Assembly (NCBI RefSeq): GCF_964204645.1
Contig: NC_134026.1
Location: 25,764,150 to 25,828,149, forward strand
Direction: 5' to 3'
DNA from: Tubulanus polymorphus
Taxonomy: Eukaryota > Animalia > Nemertea
Length of the DNA: 64,000 nucleotides
Part shown: piece by piece, positions 1 through 11,100 of the stretch
Position numbering within the stretch: the first letter of the stretch is position 1
Layout of the letters: the number at the start of each line of letters is the position of its first letter
The notes under the pieces: generated by a model
What the model saw: only the letters and a program-made list of their open reading frames with translations
Told to the model about the DNA's origin: nothing
The model's database searches: none
Made by a program: the position numbers and the translations under genes

Positions 1-1272
1 ATCTATACAGTGTACCGGACAAGTAAGACTGCATGCTACCATTCGTGTTGCGTCGTCGTTGCGATCCTTATTTACTGTCTGTTCGGCATATATTTTGTAG
101 AAACATTTACCAAATTGGAGAAAAATCTGATTGTACGATGATTTCTATTTATTTTCATATACATGTACCAGTTCTACAAAAATCCCTGATTTTCACAGAG
201 GGAGAATAATCGATCTATTGCTGTGTATGTGTATTGAATGTATTTACTTGTGTATTTATTTGTTTGTACGGCAAGAGGGGAAATTTGTATTAAACAAAAA
301 ACTTATTAAGCTGCCAACAGCCTCTTCAAATGTTGCTTAGCATTTTACATGATTTATACTAGCTGCCTTCAGATTAGGTTCTAATCTCTGATGATAATTG
401 ATTATTAAGTGTTTTGTTATAAAAGAATAATCGGTATATTGGAAAAATAGATCTGTGAAAACACAATTTGTATTGCGAATTTTATGTTACATTGTCTTTG
501 CTCAAATATTTGAAAGCCTTTATTCATCATTTCTAAAACGTTCAAAAAGGAGCTTTCATTTAGTAGGTGTGTTTGTTATTTACTCTTTGAATTTGATATA
601 TTTTGTGATAGAGTAGGTTTTGAAGGCCTCCTGCTTGCAATACAACAATTGTTGAAATATTGTCTCTTAAACATACAACTTGTGCCAGTGAATATTAAAA
701 TGGTGTTGTCTGGTGAGCTACCGGTATTATCCAAAGTATTGTTAAATTTTTAAGAGTTCATTATCCTTGTATTGTGATGATACAGTTAGTGTCTACAAGT
801 ATATCTTCCATGTTGGGCTAAGTTTGATACGAGTCTATAGTTTAGTAATTTCATTCATTTTGTATTTGTAGCATAAGATTTACAGTAGAAGGTACTAGGT
901 TTTGGTTCAAATATAGAAAATTAGTGTTAGTAAAATTAAGCTCACCTAACACAGAATGAAAGCTTTATCACTCAGGTTGAATTACATGCTCATGCAGTAC
1001 AACTAGACAATCTTCTTAGTTGAAGAAGTCTTGTCTTTACTTTCTGCAGTTATCAGTAAAGCGATAACTTATGTATTTATTTGTAATTACATTTTAAGAC
1101 ATAAGGTTTCTTCTCGTATGTGCATGGAAATTGTTTTATTTTATATTTTTATACTGAAATTAAAGACATTTTTACCTTACATATGTGTTATTTCTTTGCT
1201 TTTTTACTTATCGTGATAACTGTAATTTGTTCTTTGATTTATTATCGCTTTTTGGTCGTAACTTTCAGTAAA

Positions 1273-1695
1273 ATGGACTTGTGTTTTTGTGCATGAAATT
1301 TATGTACTACTCCGATACTCTCTGGATCTACTGCTACCTGCTCATTACTGCTGGAAAATATAGTGCCTTTGTTTCCATTAAACAGCAGGTCCGTGAACCA
1401 CATCACACCATCGCCGAACAGAGATAACGCCCCAGATGTAAATCTGCCTTCAGTAAAACACATTCAGTTTCTGTCTCCATCTCACAGTAGCAGTAACAGT
1501 ACCACAAACAGCCCACCAAGCAACAATGAAACTAGTCCAAACAGTGGATACAGCAGTGGTAACGAGCTGGAAGACAGCGACAACTCGTCTCCAAAAAATA
1601 CACCTCGTAGAAACAACCCTGGCTGTATGACAGATCTCAGTTCTATTGTTCGTCGAGTTAAACGTGTTGCTTTAACTCCTGAAACCTGTGTTTAA
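1273..1695 (+). CDS. Unidentified Ser/Asn/Pro-rich ORF or terminal coding exon ending in a PDZ-ligand-like ETCV; 5' boundary uncertain
   Basis: Open frame 1297-1695 (...SPNSGYSSGNELEDSDNSSPK...DLSSIVRRVKRVALTPETCV*) with protein-like composition. Possible acceptors: TTTCAG at 1263-1268 or weak ATATAG ending 1363. In-frame ATG at 1273 is separated from the ORF by TGA at 1294-1296. AATAAA immediately follows the stop. No family recognised. Confidence 0.5.
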
Positions 1696-3014
1696 ATAAA
1701 ATCCCATTGATGGTGAACAACTCGTGGAAACTCGTTAACAATTGCAAACATTAAGTTCCACTGTAACAACCATGTGCATATTCTAATAAGCTGTTTAACC
1801 ATAGTTAAATGTGAAAAATAGGCTGAAATAGGAATAAGATGAAGGGATATTCTGAAACAAATATCAATGAATGTTCAGTAGGAAAATACTTTCAATGTGC
1901 CATGTTCAATAACTGGTATATAATCTGCTATCTAACATAAATGCTAGATATGAACAAGTATTATATATCTGTATGTGCCTATATGTTCATGTACATGTAT
2001 GTGATGCATGTTATTTAGCCATCTAGATGATGGAAATATAAAAATTGAATCAAGCTATCTATTTCAACAGATTTAAATAAAAAAGACCATATCTCATACC
2101 TTTGATATGGAGGGGAAATACATCATCATACCCCTATTATGAAAGTTAAGTGTAGATAACATAAATTACTGGGATATCATGAATGCTTGCTTTTTAATGG
2201 TGCTATGTATTATATGAGATGAGTACATGTACAGTAAAAATTTAAGTTTATAATTACGGAAGTTTTAATTCCAAGGATTATACATGTATACTACCTGTTA
2301 CTAGCAACAAATGGAAGTTCTTCCAAAGTGTATATACATGTAGCCTAGTTATTAATTATTCTCAGTGTATAGCTACCTCAATAACTTCAGAAAAAAGATA
2401 GTAAATGAATTGTATTCCGATGTCACTAGAGAAAAATATTGGAATAGGTGTGCCATAATATCAATGAAGAGAAGTTTCATATGTAGACTCAAGACGGTGT
2501 ATATTAACTTTTGTGTTCTGTTTCATTAGATATGCATCTGAAAATCAGCCTGGCTTGATAATATTCCCATATAATGTAGCTCAAATATATAAGTCCTATA
2601 TTTCGACAATGTTCTTCCAAACCATGCTTAATGAGTCCCTGTTTCATTGATCAAAGTAAAGTAAGATTCCATTTCATGAATTAGGTTTTCATACATTTTG
2701 TCTATTACGGTACATCTAAAAAATGGATATAATTCCAGTCTAGTTTTACAGTTTTCCTGATGACCTATAGATTGTTACATGACAAATAGAATAATGTTCA
2801 ATTATTCGTTAACAACTCATTTAACATGATGTAATCAATTGTTTGATGCCTGAGTGAAAATGCAATTTACAAGCAATGTTATAAAATTCATATAATTATG
2901 TTTTTGATAATAAAATAATACTGTTAACCAAATCTATCAGTTTATTTCATTGAATACATCTTTTTCATTTTTTTTTGAAGGGACAATACAGAAATACATC
3001 TTTCTCTTAACATT

Positions 3015-3543
3015 TCAAAATTCAAGATTTTCTAGTGCATTCTCTAAGGCTTTTACTAATTTTCTCATCTGTTCTATATCAAGTTCAATGTTTTGAGAAC
3101 CAGTGGTTAGATCATCTTTTATAAGGAGCTGTATAGTATTAAAAACCTGACTCATGCAGCTCAAACTACTGGTTGATATAACCAATTTAACTTTCCAATC
3201 AAAATCAAGTAGACATCTATTGGAGATGGAGAGAGATGAATTGCTCAGCTCAAGTCGACATTCCTCCTTTCTTGAGAATATTGCATCGAGAATTGGTGTA
3301 TCTAGATAGATGCGGCACATTGCCTGGCTTCAGATTGTACTTTGATATTGCATTTACAACATATTCCAGTGATTCATTTATGTGTAACCATTCGTCGAAT
3401 GTCCAAATATGCGAACAATCAGAATATCCTGGGCCAGCCTTTTCAAGGCAACTATCAATGATTTCATGCACTACAGAAATCTGGAAGTCAATTAATTAGC
3501 TCGACTTTGTTGATCAATTGAAGCTTGTCTAACTTTTTGCCAT
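3015..3543 (-). pseudogene. COMMD8: COMM domain-containing protein 8 homologue, intronless, frameshifted in this sequence (pseudogene, null allele or assembly error)
   Basis: N-terminal part VHEIIDSCLEKAGPGYSDCSHIWTFDEWLHI resembles COMMD8 [28 protein letters not shown]. C-terminal part SRKEECRLELS...LLDFDWKVKLVISTSSL...IELDIEQMRKLVKALENA is a COMM domain. The two halves are in different, overlapping frames (ORFs 3250-3471 and 3015-3320). Minus-strand AATAAA at 2941-2946. Confidence 0.8.
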
Positions 3544-3793
3544 AGAAAAGTTCATGAAGAGTAGTGAAATATTTATTCTTTGGGATGACACTTCACCAAC
3601 TAAAAGATATTGGCGATTTTTGAACAGTTTGATTGATTCAGGTTGCTGCCAAACAAACAACCCGGAAGTAAATAAACGTCAGAGGGCAGCACTGTCCGGT
3701 CCATGAACCCGGAAATACCGGTTTTCATGCTTCGACGCTTATGTTTCGAAAAACTCATATAATTTTACTAAATCGTAAAAAATAGACTCTAAA
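3544..3793. promoter_or_regulatory. Bidirectional promoter between COMMD8 and STARD7
   Basis: ~250 bp between divergent starts. ETS/GABP-type CCGGAAGT at 3662-3669 and CCGGAAAT at 3709-3716; CTCF-like CGTCAGAGGGCAGCA at ~3677-3691. Confidence 0.6.
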
Positions 3794-5833
3794 ATGGGTA
3801 CGCCAGGATTCTTTCAGGCAGCTAGGATATTCTTCAGACAAGGGATTATCCATAGAGCTTGTGAGGGGCCACGAATCGACGTCAATTCCAGCGTGAAACA
3901 TTTCTGGGGTAGTTCACATTCGACCTTGACCTCATCTTTAAGAAAATTTGCCAATGCTTTTAATGAAAAATTGAATGTACTCGGAGAAGTGTTCGCAAAA
4001 CAGTGTCACGCGATTGCCGTGCAGCGTGTGCGAAGATCTGCTCAGATTATCAATTTGTACAGCACATTATACAACGAACAATCGCTGGAGCAAATCGTTA
4101 AAAAATTCGGCCATCAATTCTTGCGGAATTCAAAAGGACGGCCGCTATACTTGTTATTTGGTGCATCGCTATTTTCCTGGAATGAAAGTAAAGTCACTGA
4201 TGAAGAATTAAACAGGTAACAATTAAACATTGTAACTTGAATTATTTGAGAATTTGATAGATTTTCCTCTAATCCTGGTAATATTTGGGATTTTCTACAC
4301 TCATAGCTAGCATTTGCCAAGGGCAACTTTCTTCAGGAATCTTACTTGAAACTCACCAGTCGCCACTAAAATGTTGGATGTGCCTGTAGTATGATGATAT
4401 TCGTTCAGTTTTAATAATGCCCGATTTTCAATTGGGAAAATTGAAATATCACCCATGAAATAATTAGGAAAAACTTGGCAATTTTGATTCGTGTAACCGT
4501 GGAAACCGTGTAATATTAATAAATCTTATATTGTAGCTGTGTGGATGATATGAATCACGTCACCGATTTGGAAAGTCAAAAGCTTCACATCCCTGATGAC
4601 AGCAGTAAAGAACCAAACAATAGGAATCAAGATCATTACATGGATCAATGGGAGCTTGTTATCGACCGTGAAAACATAAAACTCTGGCGTCGACCGATTC
4701 AAGACACTTATCTCTATGAGTATAAAGGTAAGATCATAATTTTGCTAAGTGCTGAATATGATTTACTATTGATTAAACATTTGCATCTTCTTTATTGCAG
4801 TGTTTGGAAGGTTCTTTGATATTCCGGCTAAAGCGTTCTACAGTGTACAAGTAAGGGTCAGGTTTCTTGTCCATTTAAATTCACTAGTACTAGTCTAGTA
4901 CTATGTATGATTTTTGTGGCTCTTTCTCCAACGATTAATGTAGGAAGTTTTAATTGTAGGTTGATATAGAATATCGTAAACAGTGGGACAGACTCGTTAT
5001 CGCTCTGGAAACTGTTGATAAAGATGAACAGTCTGGTTGTGAAGTGCTTCATTGGATCACCCATTATCCGGTAAGTTGCTATAAATCATTCTTGAATTTC
5101 TCCAACTCAGACAAGCCGCTGATATGCGTTATGCTTCGTTTTTTTTTGTGACAGTATCCTATGTACAGCCGTGATTACGTTTACATTAGAAGACATCGGG
5201 TGAGTTATCATTGGGGTCGTTGTGAATTGTCAAATAAACACGCGAAGACAAATATCATGATCGAAATGAATGATTTCAGATTGACTATGATAAGAAAGCG
5301 ATGGTTCTGATATCACGTGCTGTAGATCATCCGTGTCGACCCGAATCAAAGAAATATGTCCGCGTTAAAACGTACAGTTCTCAGATGGTGATCAAGCCTC
5401 ATACATCGTTCGATGAGGTATTTTCCCTTACTGAAAAATAACTGCAATGATAATCATGGAAGGGAATGAATTAATCTGTAATTTTGTGTTGTCATCAATT
5501 TCAGAATGGTTTTGATTATATTTTGACGTACCACGACGACCCTAAAGCAGCCTTTCCTTCAGTAGCGTATAACTGGATGGCTTCAACTGGTAATTGTCAA
5601 CTGAATATACTTATAATTAATCACATCATGATGATCCCAGTGTGATAATGTGATACAATGCTGAACTTATTGTTGTCTCTAAAGAATTATTGGGTATAAT
5701 TGTTGTATTTTCAGGTGTACCAGATTTTGTAGACAAACTTCACAATGCAGCAAAGACTCTTCACGAACGAAAGGCCAAGCGATTTAGTCCTCAAAATGAA
5801 ACTACCGATGAAAATATATCATGTTATTCATGA
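3794..5833 (+). CDS. STARD7: StAR-related lipid transfer protein 7 (mitochondrial phosphatidylcholine-transfer START protein)
   Basis: Exons 3794-4215, 4537-4727, 4801-4850, 4960-5070, 5155-5199, 5280-5417, 5505-5589, 5715-5833, all GT-AG. Motifs [125 protein letters not shown] are STARD7-type. Basic N-terminus is consistent with a mitochondrial presequence. Confidence 0.93.
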
Positions 5834-6497
5834 ATTTCTCAAACTTGGAACCTCCACATGAAATGAACAATTCAATCGCTCTAATATTCGCCGCCAGAGT
5901 AAATGAATATGATATATGAATGTGTGAATTCTATTTTAATATTTCACCGATATACTCTATATAAGTGACTGGCATACGTACAGTGGAAGTGATACTTGAT
6001 TTTAAGTGAAATAAAGCAGTTGTAAGACCCATATATGAAGCAAATTAGATTTGCTATATTATAGGTGGTCACATGTTCATTGATACTTAAACTTTGCTTA
6101 AATGTTTTAGTAGATCAGATGTAGTACACTAGTGCTCTGCCCTCAATCTACAACGCAATCCTTGTTATGTAATCAATTCAATTTGACTAGTTAGTGACTT
6201 TAGACAATGAACATTCATTCAAAACAAATCTTTATTTCTGTGATTTTGCTTGGCATTAGGTTAAATGTGAATAAAATGAATGATTTACAAAGCATTTGAA
6301 TTTACTTATATATTATTGACACGGACTGCATACCTCTTCAGCAAGCGACTCCTCCAAAAGCAGTGCTAATGTTTACATTCCAGTGGTAAAAATGTGTTCA
6401 CAGATATTGCCCTATCATTATTCATGGGGCAGCACTGAACAGCTGAAATTTAACAGCACCTTGCAGGTTTACTGAGGCATACGAGAAATACAGATAT

Positions 6498-6745
6498 GAG
6501 GTGCAGATCCAGAGGGGGTTTGAACCTCCCTTTTCTGACCAAGTGCCCTTTTGAAAATCACATGAAAATTCCAATCGACATTGATCACAGACATAAGTCC
6601 ATAGTACTTATTTAAGCTGTTATATGCACAAAATTTCCCCCCACGAGGCCATCGCGCCTTTGGCGCTCACCGAGACTCCCTCCAAGTGTAATGAAGTGCC
6701 CTTTTCATATGAGGTGAACCCCTCTTTCTCCCAGCCTGGATATCT
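6498..6745. mobile_element. Degenerate non-autonomous DNA transposon (GGGGCGGATCCAG-type termini)
   Basis: Left GAGGTGCAGATCCAGAGGGGGTT and right AACCCCTCTTTCTCCCAGCCTGGATATCTC are partly complementary; GC-rich island in AT-rich DNA; a similar terminus CTAGATCCGCCCCTG occurs at 54811-54825. Confidence 0.4.
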
Positions 6746-8127
6746 CAAATTGCATTCATCAATAAACACTGGTTTAAAAGGATAATTGTATCCTAAATGA
6801 TAAGTCGTGGTTATGGAATTGGAATGAGCTAAGGCTGTATCCAGTTTTGTCATTCAGAGTAGTACCATGTTACTCATAGGAGTCAAAATTGGTCCATTTT
6901 TGAATGCATACTACAGAACCTTTGAACTGTTGAACCCATATATATAACTTGTGGTCCATTGAATCTAGAGATTTTATTTAAGTCCTTAGTGTATCTTGAG
7001 TAACCAGTGCAGCGAAGTTTGAGAAAAATAAAGCACTAAGTCATATGTAAATGTACAATGTGATATTGTTTTTTATTAAGAATCGATAGAAGACTAGCCC
7101 ACATACATACAATACATACTAATATCATATAAAAATATTTCTCCTTCATACAGAAATACATAGAAGATGCACGTACATATAATATAATATATATATTCAT
7201 ATATATTGTTAACAATGCCAGCTTTAGAAGTTATACGCACAGATGGACGATGTGTTCTATGCTTATCGCGCCATGGCATCAATTAACATATGTATTCGTT
7301 CTCTATGTATCTGTACATATATATCCATTTAAGTCTGTGGCGACTGCGTTCCATAGCAAACATTTGAACACATAATTTCTGTCAGGAATAATATTAATAA
7401 TAATTACTCATTATGATAATAATATCTTATCTTTATGAAATCTACTTTAGATATTTATCAATCTACCATTCTGAAAAGGAGTGATGACTGCCATGATACA
7501 AAATTATTTACAGATGATTTATTTACAAATGACCCCACATACTATAGCTACATTTTTGGCCTCAAATAAAGGGAGAAAAATTTTCTTTTCGAAAGAATTT
7601 ATAGATTTAAAGCATGAGTGTATGTACAAATTTTGACATATTCCATTCCACGATATAAACATAATCTTATAAGAATTCTTTTTGCCAACAGCAAAAAATA
7701 AACAGAGCCAGGGTCTGCGGACCGTTTTCATATATCACTATGGCTCTAGTTTGTGAGAACAAAACAAAATCATAAAATTTCCGAGACTTTCTAACAAAAG
7801 AATCTGGGACAACAAAACAACAACAATACGTAACAGTGGCTCCTTCAGGTGGAGAATCACAACATTATTTTCTGAATACCACAGCGTCATCATACAGCTA
7901 ACTACACATCAAAAACATGGAGAGCAGAAGACATACGTTCATACTCGAAAATCAAAATTACTCGAAAATCCACCCACAAAATTCACTAAAGTCACTAAAT
8001 TTAGATGGGCACAACACTTTTGTAGTAAGAAATGGTCCAGTTTTTGCCGATAATTGCTGCCTGATTTGACTGAAAGGTACTTGTCACCATGGCAATGCTG
8101 CAACTGGTCGGGTACCATGGCATTAAT

Positions 8128-11100
8128 TTAATTCTGCTCCATGTTTTCTTCTTGTTTGATATTTTCGTCCGTATCATCTTCATCCATATCATCTTTATCC
8201 TTATCCGTGTCATCTTTTTGTGAAATGAGTAAAGCACAAGCCTCTTTCACAGCGTGATAGATGATATTTTTGACCTAAAATTACATAAACACTAGCATTA
8301 AATTATGAAATAACCCCTGAAAATCAGTATAAATACAACTAAGTCAAAACCTCCGAGGGTGATCGGGAAAAGTTGTGTTAATTCACCTGTAATTTGTCTT
8401 CATGATTACTGTGAGCATCTGACAATTGGCGAAATTCTTGCGTCAAATTGAAACAATGATCAAGATGTTCAGGTGAAACAAAGTCCTCGGCAACTTTAAT
8501 ACAACTGTGCAAATTCCGCACCTAAAAAAATAGAAAATATCAGTGAGTGATTGAACATGAGGAACATCAGCCAATACAGAGTATTTTCCCTGTCAATTGA
8601 TTCACAGATTCACAACAGAATCACAGTAGATTCGTACCTGATGTGGAGCTCCAGCAGGGATGAATACTGCATCACCCCAGCACTGTATGATAGTGTAACC
8701 AGTCACACTGTATTCTTTATACAATCGATCCCGCAATGTCAGATCAAGGTACCAACTCTGATCATGAATAGGATCGTGATCCGGCTCAACTGTCTCACCA
8801 TTCTCTTTGGCCACCTGTAAAAATTCTCAATCTTTATTTGCAAATTCTATACAGCAAAAAAACAGAAATATAAATCTATGTCCATATAACTAACCTTGTT
8901 CAGCAAATCACGAATCTTATCTGCATCTTGGGCATCATAGACATGCCACAGAGCTCCGGGTCTTTCATGTACCTCTCGTACACGACGTTTTGTTATGATG
9001 TCACATCCAGCCTCGTCAATAGCTTTCAATGCTGCAGCCTCGTGGTCAATACCCTTCAGATCATCGTTCGGGACACCGACATAGCACATTATATTTACAG
9101 CATCCGAAATGTCAATATGTAAATTTGTAGTACCTTCGTGTGGGAAACAAGCTGAGCCTGAGAATAAGAAAAAAACAGAATGTGTTTAAATTGCAATCAT
9201 ATTTCAGTCACAATAATGGCTGTAGAAGTATCTATGTAATACCTACATCAGTGAGACACACTTATGGTTAGAAATGTGTCAATGGTTCGAGGTGAAATGT
9301 TTCTATCGCATAGTTTTAAAAACCATTGGTTCATCAATACAAGATCTAACCAATGGTTAAACCACCATGCTTAGATATGCAATCCAATGAAACTTAGTCT
9401 AAATTGTAATGTAATACCTACATCAGTGAGACACACTTATGGTTAGAAATGTGACAATGGTTCGAGGTGAAATGTTTCTATCGCATAGTTTTAAAAACCA
9501 TTGGTTCATCAATACAAGATCTAACCACTGGTTAAACCACCATGCTAACAAATGCAATGTAATGAAACTTAGTCAAAATTGTAATGTAATACCTACATCA
9601 GTGAGACACACTTACGGTTAGAAATGTGACAATGGTTCGAGGTGAAATGTTTCTATTGCATAGTTTTAAAAAACCATTGGTTCATCAATACAAGATCTAA
9701 CCACTGGTTAAACCACCATGCTAACAAATGCAATGTAATGAAACTTAGTCTAAATTGTAATGTAATACCTACATCAGTGAGACACACTTATGGTTAGAAA
9801 TGTGACAATGGTTCGAGGTGAAATGTTTCTATCGCATAGTTTTAAAAACCAATTGGTTCATCAATAACCACTGGTTAAACCACCATGCTTATGAATGCAA
9901 TCCAATGAAACCTAAGTCTTAATTGTAATACCTACATCAGTGAGGCACATTTATGGTTAGAAATGTGACAATGGTTCGAGGTGAAATGTTTCTATTGCAT
10001 AGCTGTTAAAACCATTGGGTCATCAATCAACGATCTATCCACTGGTTAAACCACTGTGCCCTTACAATTTACAGAATTAGTGATAGAGAGATCAGAGTTT
10101 TTATATTCCCACTTACCATATGCATTGTACATCTTTGGTCCAAGATCGGGTTTCACAAAGAAATCAGGAAGTCGAGATGCAAGGTTAAGAATACCATTGC
10201 GACGTGTGTATTCAGGTAAGGGTAACCCTTGCATAACATCACTAAACCAGGCCGGTAAGAGGTCACGGAAATCTTCAGTCGGTGGCCAATCTTTCAATTT
10301 CAACATCATCGGTTCATTATCATCATCCGTTAAACGCTCTGGAAAATTGTCAACAATACAACATAAATTAATTCAATCATGACAGAATTGAGCCCAAGGT
10401 CTAGGAGGATACTCACTCTGCATGGTCTCGAATCCTTCCCAAAACACTTTCATCGGATGGCCAATGATTACGACACCGTTATGACAATTTACAAGGTCAT
10501 TCTCAAGTTGACCATACTCCTGAGAGAAAGCCTCCGGTCTCCACAGATGCTTATCCAAGTATTTATGACAACCAGAAACAAGAACAGGCTGAAATGAAAA
10601 AACAATCTCATGTTAGATTTTTACATAGATTTTTTTACTTTTGCAAAATATATTCATCGTACTCTAGGCATTCTTACCTGGCCCTGTTTCCATTGTTGCT
10701 GGAACAGTTTAACGTTGCCCTTATGCTGTGGATCGTGGAGTCGCAATAATCGTCCATCGCACAACCAGGAATGTGGTACATCTGGGAATAGCACACTAGT
10801 TTCAGTTAATGTATAAGTTCGAATAGGAGTATTACGTCCATACAGTATCTGACCACTACGTGGTTTGTAATGCAATAGTTTCGGACAAGTCTGCGATTGA
10901 AATTCAGTGTTGTGATCTTTCGGGAGACTCTTTTCTACGACGGATTGAATAATATCATCTAGCGTACTGTTCATCGCTTTCTGATTAACTTTTTTGTCAT
11001 TTTTCGCTTTCGTTGTTTTCGTGAGAAGTTCGCGCAACGTCGAACAGTTCGGTCCGCGTTTGTCGCCGCTATCCGAATCGATTTGTTTCTCGCGAGATTT

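Noticed and set aside
1832-1876. Canonical SECIS element
   Set aside because: The AA-to-GA arm is ~11 nt, shorter than canonical, helix II has basal mismatches, and an AATAAA lies upstream at 1696; kept only as a weak note.
3302-3340. Tiny intron rescuing the COMMD8 frameshift
   Set aside because: The GT-AG candidate is 39 nt (frame-neutral) and the other donors are in the wrong phase.
9439-9621. 60-aa ORF in KDM3 intron 18
   Set aside because: Equals one unit of the 175-bp tandem repeat.
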